Source: Kiritimatiellia bacterium
GTDB taxonomy: Bacteria; Verrucomicrobiota; Kiritimatiellia; RFP12; UBA1067
Length of the DNA stretch: 64,000 bases
Reading direction: 5' to 3'
Assembly: GCA_033812795.1 (NCBI GenBank)
Contig: JAPXSY010000008.1
Location: 12,496 to 76,495, forward strand
The notes under the pieces are model-generated. The model saw only the letters and a program-made list of their open reading frames with translations. It was not told the DNA's origin and searched no databases. Shown in pieces: positions 39,449-49,030 of this stretch (positions within the stretch are counted from its first letter, which is position 1; every line of letters begins with the position of its first letter). The position numbers and the translations under genes were made by a program.

Positions 39449-41041
39449 ATGGCAATGAACGTTAAACCGGGTGCCGTTTTTGTTCCGTGCCTGTTGGCGG
39501 CGGGCGTCTTGTTGGCGGCGGAACCGTTTTGCGAGGAGGCGAAGGGGTGGAAACGGGTGCCCGCCGTGAGCGATGAGTTTGACGGCAAGGCGCTGGACAA
39601 GTCCAAGTGGGACGATTGGTGCGCGTCGTTTCCCGGACGCGTGGCGGCCGGGATGCGCGGCGAGCCTTGCGTTAACGGCTTCAGGTTCGCGCCCGACAAC
39701 GTCTCTGTAGAGGACGGCGAACTCGTCCTCACTGCGCGGCTCCTCACCGATGAGGAGCGGAAGTCTCATCATCAGGAGCACCTGCGGCATGGCCCCTACG
39801 CCACCTCGATCGTCAAGAGCCGCAAAAAGCAGGTCTACGGCTACTTTGAGATCCGCGCGAAAACAATGAAGGCGTGCGTCTCCAATGCGTTCTGGCTCTA
39901 TGACCCCCACTCGGACGATCCGCGGGTAAAGTACACGGCGGGCGATGTTTCTGAAGAGATCGATATCTTCGAAGTGACGGGGCGTCCCGACAGCCGCGGA
40001 CGAAATCCGGACTGCTCGCGCAAGTACTACAACACCTTCCATCTCTACTGTACGCCATACCTTGAAGGTGTCATCAACGCGAAGAAGATTAATCCGCCGG
40101 ACCGTGCCTTCGTGACGAAGGTGGACTTCGATTTCTGCGACGACTACCATGTGTACGGACTCCTCTGGACGCCGGAGAAACTCGTGTGGTATCTGGACGG
40201 CAAGCCGGTGAAGGAGCGGAAGAACGACGGACTCTTCCACCGTCCGTTGCATGTCACACTCGACAGCGAGGTGTTCGTCAGTTGGTTCGGTGTGCCCGAT
40301 CCAAAGGATCTGCCTGCGAAGTTCCGCATCGACTACGTGCGCGTCTGGGAATGTCCCGTCTCCGGCAACGTCGCGCTCCGCCCACGCATGAAGATCGAAA
40401 AGGATTCCTATGACTGGTTCGAGCGACACAACGAGGCGATGGCCTGTGCCCGCGCACGCAAGCCCGAGATCGTGTTCGTCGGCGACTCCATCACCCACTT
40501 CTGGGCAGGTGGACGCACTCTCGGCGGCGAGGCGGCGCATCCGCGCTGGAAGCAGAAGTTCGGCGCGTACCGTACGCTGAACCTCGGCTACGGCTGGGAC
40601 CGTACGGGCAACGTCCTGTGGCGTCTCGACCATGGTGAGATGGACGGACTGGATCCCAAGCTCGTTGTCCTGCACATCGGCGGCAACAACTTCTCCGCGA
40701 CGAAGAACTATCCCGGCAACAACGCCGAGGAGACGGCCGAAGGCGTTCTCGCGGTGCTGGATAAAATTCGCACGAAGGTGCCGCAAGCGCGCATCGTCAC
40801 GATGGCCATCTTCCCGTTCGGCGAAAAGCCCGACGCTCCGCATCGTGTCAAAGCACGCGCGGCCAACAAGATTCTTGCCGTGGAAGTGCCGAAGCGTCCG
40901 AACACGGTCTTCCTCGACATCACGGACAAGCAGGTCGGTGCAGACGGGATCTATCCCAAGTCTCGCGCCAACGACTTCGTTCATCCTACGGACGCGGGCT
41001 ACGACATCTGGTACGAGGCGCTCAAACCCTATTTGCCGTAA
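39449..41041 (+). CDS. bifunctional GH16 (beta-glucanase-like jelly-roll) plus C-terminal SGNH/GDSL esterase fusion
   Basis: Signal peptide present. 'GDVSEEIDIFEVTG' is the GH16 catalytic ExDxxE motif. The C-terminal half has SGNH blocks 'VFVGDSITHFW', 'LHIGGNN' and 'DFVHPTDAGYD'. Confidence 0.7.
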   Translation: MAMNVKPGAVFVPCLLAAGVLLAAEPFCEEAKGWKRVPAVSDEFDGKALDKSKWDDWCASFPGRVAAGMRGEPCVNGFRFAPDNVSVEDGELVLTARLLTDEERKSHHQEHLRHGPYATSIVKSRKKQVYGYFEIRAKTMKACVSNAFWLYDPHSDDPRVKYTAGDVSEEIDIFEVTGRPDSRGRNPDCSRKYYNTFHLYCTPYLEGVINAKKINPPDRAFVTKVDFDFCDDYHVYGLLWTPEKLVWYLDGKPVKERKNDGLFHRPLHVTLDSEVFVSWFGVPDPKDLPAKFRIDYVRVWECPVSGNVALRPRMKIEKDSYDWFERHNEAMACARARKPEIVFVGDSITHFWAGGRTLGGEAAHPRWKQKFGAYRTLNLGYGWDRTGNVLWRLDHGEMDGLDPKLVVLHIGGNNFSATKNYPGNNAEETAEGVLAVLDKIRTKVPQARIVTMAIFPFGEKPDAPHRVKARAANKILAVEVPKRPNTVFLDITDKQVGADGIYPKSRANDFVHPTDAGYDIWYEALKPYLP

Positions 41042-41107
41042 ACGGTGCCGCCATTTTTTACCCCGGCGAGGATTGTGCACCGGGATGGAGAATGGTAACA
41101 TTATTCG

Positions 41108-44100
41108 ATGAATGTCGAAAAGGTCGTGGCGACCGTGGCGATTGCCGCGGGTGTGTGCTTTGCGGCGAATGCCGCAGAATGGAAGACGCTTCGGGACCTG
41201 CCGGTTTCGGCGGTAGGGAATGCGGCGTATCTGACGTCGATGACGGAGCGGCCGTGGTGGAACAAGGCGTGGACGCGGCGGACACCGATTCTGGTGTCGT
41301 CCGCGGCAAAAGCGTCGTGCGGCAAGATCGTGGTGGACGCTGTCGTCGACTTCGGGGAACAGGTGAACCCCGCCGAGGTGCGTTTGGTCACGCCCTGGGA
41401 AACCGAGGTTCCGTGTTGGGTCGAGGCGAAGGAAGGGACGAAACTCGAACTCTACTTCGAGACCGACCTGCGCATCGAGGAGAACCGCCCCTTCCTCGTC
41501 TACTGGGGCAATCCCGCGGCAAAGGCGCCGGACTTGTGGCCGACGATGACGATGCGGGTGAATGACGAAGAGGTGCGCATCGCGAACGGCGTCCTTGACG
41601 TCACCTTCGATAACCTTCACCGCACCAGCGGTCTTCTGAAGAAAATCCGCGTTCTGGCGTCCCAGACGCCGAATGAACTCCTCGACCGCGCCTCCGGTTT
41701 TGCTTGGGACGGTTTTTCGCTCCGTTCCGGCGCCGCCGAACCGTGGTCGAAGGCCAAGGTCGTTGCGGACAATCCCTTCAAGAAGCAGATCCGCTTCGAC
41801 AGCAAGAAGGTTACGCTGGACTTCACGCTTTACGCCAATCAACCGCGTGTGGACTACGCCTACACGCTCAAGCCAGGCAATGAACAGGCGAACATCAGCA
41901 TCTCATGGGCCTGTGGCGACGGGACGGGGGAGGACGATCTTTTCTATCCCGGCCTCGCGGGCAAGGTGCTGTCGCTCCGCGCTTCGCTCGACCATGCGAC
42001 GGACTGCATTCCCAACCCCCACTACGAGGGGCTGGGGAAGTATCTGGCGGAGGGCTGGTACGCGATCCGTGACCGCAAGCAGCATGAGGTCGTTGGCATG
42101 ATCTTCGACCGCCCCACTCTCGCATCCTTCGATTACAGCGGCGCGGGACAGTACGCGGGCGAGCGCTCGGTCATGACCTTCCGCCACCAAACCGAAAAGG
42201 ACAGGCCCGTCGGCGGTTCGGGTGCGCTCGTCGCGCTGATGGGCGGGGTGGACGATGTGCGGAATGAGTACCTGCGCTACTGTAAAGCGCCGATCATCTC
42301 CGTCGGCAAAACCGAGGCATACCGCGAAATCGCGGTGCGGCGTCCGCGGATTGACCGCGACTTCTGTGCGGACTATAACATCGGCAAGGGCGCAGGCGCG
42401 GGATGGGAGTCCGGCGAGCCGCTCGAAGGTGGCGAGTGGTGTTCGAACATCGTCGACCGCGTCCGTTCGCTCGGCGGCAACATCGTGCGCATCGGCGGCT
42501 ACGGGTGGCAGGATCTGGCGATCACGAAGGAACTTTACGACCGGATCGCGAAGGTGTGGGCCCTCCCGACCTCGCGCTCCAGGAATCGGAAGATGCCCGA
42601 GTGGCAGGAGGGTCAGTACACCGGTGAGAAGTTCCGCCAACATTGCGCGGCCGCGCATGCGAAGGGCGTGGCGGTCAGCCTGTGGTCCGGCTTCGTCCCC
42701 GGCGTCGGCTTCGACAATGACATGCTCTGGGACAAGGATGCGCAGGAGCTCGATACCGAGCTTCAGTGCCTTTACGCCGACCTCGGGGCGGACATCATAT
42801 ACAACGCCATGGCGTGCCGCGAGGGCGCGCATATTCCAACGGACGTCATAAAGGGACGCGGTACCTCGTGGTGGCTCTGGGACGATCCGCGCGACTTCTT
42901 TAAGACCGAGGATATCCGCACCGAGGCTATCAAAAAGTTCTACCGCGATTGCAAGCGGCGTCATCCGGACACGCCGGTCGTCGTCATGAACTCCGAATGC
43001 TCGATCATCGAGCGCGAGACCATGATGACGGATCAGGTCGGCGCGTTCGACTCCGTCTATTGTGAGATGCTCCCGCTCTGTGACAATCCGCGCACTCTGC
43101 CGCATACGAAGATGGCGGTGAAACGCCTGCGGGCGCTTTACGACAACGAGGCGGGACGGACCGTCCACGCTCATTTCTACTACTACGGACACGATTGCGT
43201 GCAACGCATCCTGCAGGTCGAGCTTCCCTACGTCTGGGGCATCAACGGCTTCACCTTCGAGAACCTCACCTACGAGAACTTCGGTAAGGAGCAGCCGAAT
43301 ATCACGGCGGACGCCTACCGCTTCCTAGAATACACCAAGCTCGGCGACAAGGTCGCAAGGATGGCGCCCGTGAAGGATCTCGCCGTCTTCCGCGACAACC
43401 GCGCTTACGTTGACGACGTCATCAACCACCGCCGCGGCAAGCCGTATGCCTACAGTACGCAGCAGGACGGACGCGCCAACGCCATCGCGGAGATCCGCAA
43501 CTGCGTCTATGACATCGTGATCGATCCGTTTTTCACCGCCAAGGCGCTCGCGAAATACCGCGCCGTCTACGTGCCCGAAGACCTTTCCTTTGGCGAAGAC
43601 CGCGCGAAGGAGCTGATCGGGTACGTGCAGGCCGGCGGCGGTGCCATTGTCGAGGGCCGGACCGTCGAGGGTAACGGTCTGTCGAAGCTCGGGCTTACGG
43701 ACGGGAAGGTGACGGATCTCGGCAAGGGCAAAATCGTCTGGCTCAAAGACGTTCTCACCGACCGCCTTGCGCGTCGCGACGCGAAGGCGTTCGCGCAGGC
43801 AAAGGAGCTGATGGCGTCTGTCGGCTGCCTCGCGCCGTTCACGCTTCCGTCCAAGACGCTCGATGCCAACCTTCAGATTTCCGAAGAAGGCATGTTCCTC
43901 GGCGTCTTCAACGATGGCAAGGAGGAAGACAAGGGGAGGGCGACCCTAAACCTCTCACACCTTCCAAACTTCTCGCACCTCTCAAACCCGCTTTACGTTC
44001 TCGACGTGAAGCGCGGCGTGCGTTTCCGCTATACGAATGGCTTCGAGGTTGTGGTGGGACCGGAGCAGTGCGGCTACTACCTCATCGGCGATGAGAAGTT

Positions 44101-44950
44101 CACAGCGCTGCCGGAGACGTCCGGCGGAGCATGGTTTGGCGCTTCCGCCTCACATGTCGGCGAACCTGGGAGGGGCTGCAAGATGCCGGTGCTCGACCGT
44201 TCCGAAGCGTTCCCGCGCGTCCATGCGCTGGAGTATGTGCGCGGTTCGGAGAAGAAGCCGACGATGATCCGCAGATCGATGCTGGCGGCGTTCGACATCA
44301 AGCAGGTCACACCCGATGCCTACGATCCCTCGCTGTTCGCCGCAGCCATCCGCAAGGCGACGTACCTGCACCTCTGCGCCAATGCCAAAGGCGCGGACCG
44401 GGCGTTCGCAGACTGCCCGGAGGAACTGAAGGCGATGCTCAAGCGCGGCGGAGCGATCCTTTTCGATCGTACGCGTCCAGGACCGAACGCGCAGAAGTTC
44501 CTGAAAGAGATCGGCGTTTTCGACCCCTATCCGTCCGCCAAGACCAAGATCGGCGACGGGAAATCCGTATGGGACGAGACCTTTCCGTCCAACCACCTCC
44601 TCTCGGCCTTCAACCGTGTTAAGGAGGGTTATTTCGGCAACGATTTCATCCGTCGGCTCGGCAGGGACGGCGGCCGTTACAATCTGGCGTTCGGCCAGTG
44701 GGATGCGGAGACACAACTCACGCCATTCCGCGCCGCGCTCAACAAGGATTACACGCACCTTATCATTCAGGAGCACGTGCTCGGCGCAGGCAAGGTTGCC
44801 TTCAACGAGAACGCGCGCTCGTTCAACGACTGGTACGAGTCGAAGATGTATGGCGACGCGCTCCTGTCGTGGCTCATCGGGATGCCGGTCAAGGACTATA
44901 AGGACAAGGCCGAACGCTACAATGGCGGACCCGGGAAAGCGGTGGAGTGA
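41108..44950 (+). CDS. giant secreted multidomain protein, paralog C (GH42-like architecture)
   Basis: 1280 aa with signal peptide MNVEKVVATVAIAAGVCFAANA. It has the same conserved blocks as paralogs A, B and D. 'YRAVYVPEDLSFGEDRAKELIGYVQAGGGAIVEG' is the trimerisation-like block. Confidence 0.6.
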   Translation: MNVEKVVATVAIAAGVCFAANAAEWKTLRDLPVSAVGNAAYLTSMTERPWWNKAWTRRTPILVSSAAKASCGKIVVDAVVDFGEQVNPAEVRLVTPWETEVPCWVEAKEGTKLELYFETDLRIEENRPFLVYWGNPAAKAPDLWPTMTMRVNDEEVRIANGVLDVTFDNLHRTSGLLKKIRVLASQTPNELLDRASGFAWDGFSLRSGAAEPWSKAKVVADNPFKKQIRFDSKKVTLDFTLYANQPRVDYAYTLKPGNEQANISISWACGDGTGEDDLFYPGLAGKVLSLRASLDHATDCIPNPHYEGLGKYLAEGWYAIRDRKQHEVVGMIFDRPTLASFDYSGAGQYAGERSVMTFRHQTEKDRPVGGSGALVALMGGVDDVRNEYLRYCKAPIISVGKTEAYREIAVRRPRIDRDFCADYNIGKGAGAGWESGEPLEGGEWCSNIVDRVRSLGGNIVRIGGYGWQDLAITKELYDRIAKVWALPTSRSRNRKMPEWQEGQYTGEKFRQHCAAAHAKGVAVSLWSGFVPGVGFDNDMLWDKDAQELDTELQCLYADLGADIIYNAMACREGAHIPTDVIKGRGTSWWLWDDPRDFFKTEDIRTEAIKKFYRDCKRRHPDTPVVVMNSECSIIERETMMTDQVGAFDSVYCEMLPLCDNPRTLPHTKMAVKRLRALYDNEAGRTVHAHFYYYGHDCVQRILQVELPYVWGINGFTFENLTYENFGKEQPNITADAYRFLEYTKLGDKVARMAPVKDLAVFRDNRAYVDDVINHRRGKPYAYSTQQDGRANAIAEIRNCVYDIVIDPFFTAKALAKYRAVYVPEDLSFGEDRAKELIGYVQAGGGAIVEGRTVEGNGLSKLGLTDGKVTDLGKGKIVWLKDVLTDRLARRDAKAFAQAKELMASVGCLAPFTLPSKTLDANLQISEEGMFLGVFNDGKEEDKGRATLNLSHLPNFSHLSNPLYVLDVKRGVRFRYTNGFEVVVGPEQCGYYLIGDEKFTALPETSGGAWFGASASHVGEPGRGCKMPVLDRSEAFPRVHALEYVRGSEKKPTMIRRSMLAAFDIKQVTPDAYDPSLFAAAIRKATYLHLCANAKGADRAFADCPEELKAMLKRGGAILFDRTRPGPNAQKFLKEIGVFDPYPSAKTKIGDGKSVWDETFPSNHLLSAFNRVKEGYFGNDFIRRLGRDGGRYNLAFGQWDAETQLTPFRAALNKDYTHLIIQEHVLGAGKVAFNENARSFNDWYESKMYGDALLSWLIGMPVKDYKDKAERYNGGPGKAVE

Positions 44951-44952
44951 AA

Positions 44953-47900
44953 ATGATGAACAAAATCATGGCGGCCCTTGCGGTCGCCTTTGGGGTTTTC
45001 TCCGCCCTCGCGGCGGAGACGGTCGAACTCAAGGCGAAGCCGACGGTGACGCCGGTTGAACTCAACTTCGGTGACACCGTGAAGTTCACGCTCTTGAACG
45101 GAGAGACGCGGACGATCCGGCTTGTCGACACCTCCGCGCAGATCATCGAGATCCCGACTGTGGAAGGGCTCGTTTTCATGTTCGACGTGACGCTCGAGGT
45201 CGATGGCCACCGCGTCAAGATCGACCGCTATACTGCGACGCAACAGGCGTTCTACGAGCCGATTGTCATCAACGGCATGCGTATCTGGGCGGATATGGCG
45301 CTCAGTGTCTACGATGTGATCCCGATGCGTTATCCCGGCACCGGCAACCAGCGGCAGCGTCCGTGGAAGGATATGCGCCTTGCCCTGCAGGATGCGACAA
45401 TCGAGGATTGTCCGGTCAAACTCTCGAAGTGGTTCGACTACCGGCACCCCTCGATCTTCATCGGCGACTGCTATCACGGCGGCGATTGCTGGATGGGATC
45501 CTTCGGTGCTGGCGTTGCGCATGGCGGCCTCGACGTGAACCAGCGCGAGGGCGACCCGCTCTGGGCACCGATGGACTTCGACGATCAGGGCTACTTCCAG
45601 TCGCTCGCCACAGGCAGCAACAACAACCGTTGGCGCGGCTGGCGCACCTGGCCGGACGGTTCGATCTGGGCGTTCCAGTGTCACCATGTCATCACGCAAT
45701 ACGTCGCGCAGGGTATGAGCGTCAAGCAGGGGACGCATCTTTTCGACGGTGCCGGCGTCTGGGTCGGCTGGTATAACCACAACCACTACGAGTTCAAGGT
45801 CGCCAACGGCAAGATGCCGGATTGGAATGCGGGCGGAAGGAATAGCGCGGATGGACGCGGCGGCCGTGCGCTCGAACACGGGCAGCCCGAGGTCTACCAT
45901 CTTGATCCGTGGATCTACTTCCGCCAGATCTTCCGTAACGAACGCGAAAAGACGGGCTACGTCTATCCTGAGATGGCGCCGCCCGGTCCAGCGAAGACGG
46001 CCGAGGCGGTCGTTTTCGAACTGACGAAGGGCGGATCGGATGATGTCTATTGGGACTTTGGCGACGGCGCGTTCGGACGCGGCGCGAAAGTGACGCACCG
46101 ATATGCGAAGCCCGGCCTCTATGCGGCACGCGCAGTCATCGTGCGTGAAGACGGCTCACTCGATGAGGTGATCCGCCATCTGACTGTGAACGGTGCGGCA
46201 AGTCTGCTGCCGTCGCTGATCGTCCAGTCGGACGACCATCGCTTCCGCCCCTGGCCGACGGGAACGCAATACGCTTTCGGTTACGATCTCGTCAACTACC
46301 GCCCGGGCGGTTTCGAAATCAAGGCACCGATCGGACAACGCAATCTTCCGACGGAATCGCGCACGTTCCGCTTCGCGAACGCTGGCGGCGGCGTGTTGCC
46401 CCCTATCGCCGCGGCACTTTCCGAGCCGTGTGACTGGATCGTCCTCCAGCCGACTGCGGACGGCGTCACGTTCACGGTCGATCCGATGAAGGCGAAGGAC
46501 GGCGTCAACGAGGCGGCGATCGTGCTCAAGGGTGAAGGACTCCTGAACGGTGAGGTCACCGTGCCGGTACGGCTCGCTAAAGTGAAGTGCGGTTACTACA
46601 CCGGAAGTTTCCGTCTCGATAGCAATGCGCATACGTGCTTTTACGCTACGCCCGGTTTTTGGTGTTCGCACCGATTGAGCGGAAGCAAGCGGTATTACAA
46701 GATGTCCGGCAACCGTCCCGAATCGGACGCCATCGCGCGTTTCATCCCCGAACCGATGGCAGCGGGCACCTATCGTGTACGCGTGGACGGTGATGCGCCC
46801 TGGGCGGCCGGCAGCAAATGTTGGGTGGATGTCAAGGATGCGGCCGGCCTTCATCGCGTCCGCTTCGAGCCCGCGAAGTCCTGGACGGTCGGCACTTTCC
46901 GGTTTGCGGCGGGCGGCGGCAATTACGTCGAGTTCCGCACGCAAGACAGCGTCGGCAGCGTCGCCGTGAACCATCTCGCGTTTGATCGCCTGCCCGACAC
47001 CCCGCCGGTCGCCAAGGCGCCGTACGTTCCTGAAACGATCGAGCTGAAGGCGAAACCGACGGTGACGCCCGTTGAAATGAACTGCGGCGATGTAGTGAAA
47101 TTCACGCTCCTCAATGGTGCGACACGCACACTCACGCTCATTGGCACCTCGGCGCGCATGGCCGCATGTACGACCACGGAGACGATCCTGGGCTTCGATG
47201 CGACGCTGGAGATCGACGGACACCGCGTGACATTCCAACGCAACACATGCGAGCCCGAGGCGTTCTATGAGCCGTTCGTCGTGAACGGACTGCGTATCTG
47301 GCCCGATATGGCGCTTAAGATTTTCGACGTCATGCCGATGCGGCAGGCATGCGAAGGCAACGGCCGGCGGCGTCCGTGGAAGGATCTGCGCCTTGCCCTG
47401 CAGGATGCGACGATCGAAGACTGTCCGGTCAAACTCTCGAAGTGGCTCGAGTATCCGCGTCTGGCGCCGAGTGTCAACGATGGGCGTGTCGGCGGCATGT
47501 GCTGGATGGGTTCCTTCGAGGGGCATCACATCCATGGCGGTCTCGACATCCGTCAGCAGCCGGACAAGACGGCGCTTTCGGCACCGCTTGATCTGGACGA
47601 TCAGGCACCGTTGCCGGAAAGGACGAAACATTCGCGCGAGGGCCGCTGGCGTGGCATCCGGAAATGGGACGATGGATCGGTCTGGGCGTTCGAGTGCCAT
47701 CACATCGTGACGCAGTCCGTCCCCGCGCATGTGAGCGTCAAGCAGGGAACGACGTTCCTGACAGGCGGCAAGCCGCATCCCGGCCACCATATGCACACGC
47801 ATTTCGAGTTCCGTGTCGCCAACAACGGAATGCCCGACTGGGACGCGAGCACCTATGCGCGTGACGGCGGAGCGGGGACGCGCGCGCTCGAACACGGCCA

Positions 47901-49008
47901 GCCCGCTGTGTATCACCTTGATCCGTGGATTTATTTCCGCCAGATCTTCCGCAACGAACGCGAGCGGACGGGCTATGAATATCCCGAGTTGGCCCCGATC
48001 GGTCCCGCGAAGACCGGCGAGGCGGTGGCGTTTGAAGTGTTGAGGGGATGTGGCACCGCGACGAATCGCGCGGAGGTCTGCTGGGATTTCGGTGACGGAG
48101 CCTTCGGCCGCGGAGAAAAGGTGACGCACCGCTATGCGAAACCGGGGATTTACGCGGCGCGGGCGGTGTTTGCACGTCCTGACGGCACGTTCGACGAGGT
48201 CGTCCGCCACCTGACGGTGGACGGGACAAGGATTGCGGTTCCCGATCTCGTTGTGAAGTCCGACGAACCCGCTTTCTTCCCGCATCCGGCGGGAGTTCCA
48301 CAGGCGTTTGCATACGGACGCGTCAATCTGCGCCCTGGTCAGTTCGCTTTCATAACGGACGAGAAGCGGCCCAGTGCCGAGACGCGCACATTGCGTTTTG
48401 CGAACGCGGGCGGTGGCGTGCTGCCGAAGGTGACGGCGACGTTGAAAACGCCGTGCGACTGGCTGACGTTGGCGTCGGTGGCGGAGGGTGTCGTCCTGAC
48501 GGCGGACGGCACGAAAGCGCCCGCAGGGGTTTCGGAGGCGGTGATCGTCCTCGCCGGCGACAACCTGCTGAACGGAGCGGTTGAGGTTCCGGTGCGTTTC
48601 GATGTCGGGGCGCACACCTTAATCAAACGTGACCGCCTCAACCTCGATGCGTCCGGTGTCGGCTTCTATGCGACGCCGGGGGGATGGCTTGGTCTTGCGG
48701 GCGGTGCATTCACGTCCGGCGGACGCAATCGTCCGGGTGAAGTCGCGCGCTTCACACCGCAAATGCTGGAGGCGGGCGAGTACACGGTGTGCATACCGCT
48801 CAACACGCCCTGGCCAATGGGCCATCAATGCAACGTTCGCGTACGGGATGCCGGGGGTGTGCAGACGGTGCGGTTCGATCCGGCGAAGTCAATGACGCTC
48901 GGGGCCTTCCGTTTCGCCGCAGGCGGCGGCAACTACATCGAGTTCGAAAGTGCCGGGGCCACGGGTGAAGTCGTCGTGCGCAAGGTGCGTCTGATTCCCA
49001 ATCGTTAA
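44953..49008 (+). CDS. internally duplicated secreted protein: each ~670-aa half carries an M23-metallopeptidase-like motif set plus a PKD domain and a C-terminal beta-sandwich
   Basis: Start ATG 44953 with a GGAG SD; a GTG at 44947 would overlap the upstream stop as GTGA. The halves are about 55-60% identical by eye (ETVELKAKPTVTPVELNFGDTVKFTLLNG vs ETIELKAKPTVTPVEMNCGDVVKFTLLNG). M23-like motifs are 'HGGLD' (HxxxD) and 'HNHYEFKV' / 'HTHFEFRV' (HxH, cf. PHLHFEV). PKD motifs are 'WDFGDGAFGRG.KVTHRYAKPG.Y'. Confidence 0.55.
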   Translation: MMNKIMAALAVAFGVFSALAAETVELKAKPTVTPVELNFGDTVKFTLLNGETRTIRLVDTSAQIIEIPTVEGLVFMFDVTLEVDGHRVKIDRYTATQQAFYEPIVINGMRIWADMALSVYDVIPMRYPGTGNQRQRPWKDMRLALQDATIEDCPVKLSKWFDYRHPSIFIGDCYHGGDCWMGSFGAGVAHGGLDVNQREGDPLWAPMDFDDQGYFQSLATGSNNNRWRGWRTWPDGSIWAFQCHHVITQYVAQGMSVKQGTHLFDGAGVWVGWYNHNHYEFKVANGKMPDWNAGGRNSADGRGGRALEHGQPEVYHLDPWIYFRQIFRNEREKTGYVYPEMAPPGPAKTAEAVVFELTKGGSDDVYWDFGDGAFGRGAKVTHRYAKPGLYAARAVIVREDGSLDEVIRHLTVNGAASLLPSLIVQSDDHRFRPWPTGTQYAFGYDLVNYRPGGFEIKAPIGQRNLPTESRTFRFANAGGGVLPPIAAALSEPCDWIVLQPTADGVTFTVDPMKAKDGVNEAAIVLKGEGLLNGEVTVPVRLAKVKCGYYTGSFRLDSNAHTCFYATPGFWCSHRLSGSKRYYKMSGNRPESDAIARFIPEPMAAGTYRVRVDGDAPWAAGSKCWVDVKDAAGLHRVRFEPAKSWTVGTFRFAAGGGNYVEFRTQDSVGSVAVNHLAFDRLPDTPPVAKAPYVPETIELKAKPTVTPVEMNCGDVVKFTLLNGATRTLTLIGTSARMAACTTTETILGFDATLEIDGHRVTFQRNTCEPEAFYEPFVVNGLRIWPDMALKIFDVMPMRQACEGNGRRRPWKDLRLALQDATIEDCPVKLSKWLEYPRLAPSVNDGRVGGMCWMGSFEGHHIHGGLDIRQQPDKTALSAPLDLDDQAPLPERTKHSREGRWRGIRKWDDGSVWAFECHHIVTQSVPAHVSVKQGTTFLTGGKPHPGHHMHTHFEFRVANNGMPDWDASTYARDGGAGTRALEHGQPAVYHLDPWIYFRQIFRNERERTGYEYPELAPIGPAKTGEAVAFEVLRGCGTATNRAEVCWDFGDGAFGRGEKVTHRYAKPGIYAARAVFARPDGTFDEVVRHLTVDGTRIAVPDLVVKSDEPAFFPHPAGVPQAFAYGRVNLRPGQFAFITDEKRPSAETRTLRFANAGGGVLPKVTATLKTPCDWLTLASVAEGVVLTADGTKAPAGVSEAVIVLAGDNLLNGAVEVPVRFDVGAHTLIKRDRLNLDASGVGFYATPGGWLGLAGGAFTSGGRNRPGEVARFTPQMLEAGEYTVCIPLNTPWPMGHQCNVRVRDAGGVQTVRFDPAKSMTLGAFRFAAGGGNYIEFESAGATGEVVVRKVRLIPNR

Positions 49009-49030
49009 AGGGGAGAACAGGACAAGGAAT

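Noticed and set aside
41042-41107. Possible terminator after the GH16-SGNH gene (TTTTTT run)
   Set aside because: The T-run is present but I could not find a convincing preceding stem (only CCCGG...CCGGG with a 13-nt loop). It is too weak to call.
28185-48615. Long minus-strand ORFs antisense to the plus array (28185..30089, 30047..31318, 33089..34450, 35506..36663, 39428..41842, 41903..43204, 44917..46098, 46156..48615)
   Set aside because: Same reasoning. Each overlaps a plus-strand gene with clear family motifs. Their compositions are Arg/Gly/Val/Asp-rich and they have no signal peptides or RBSs.
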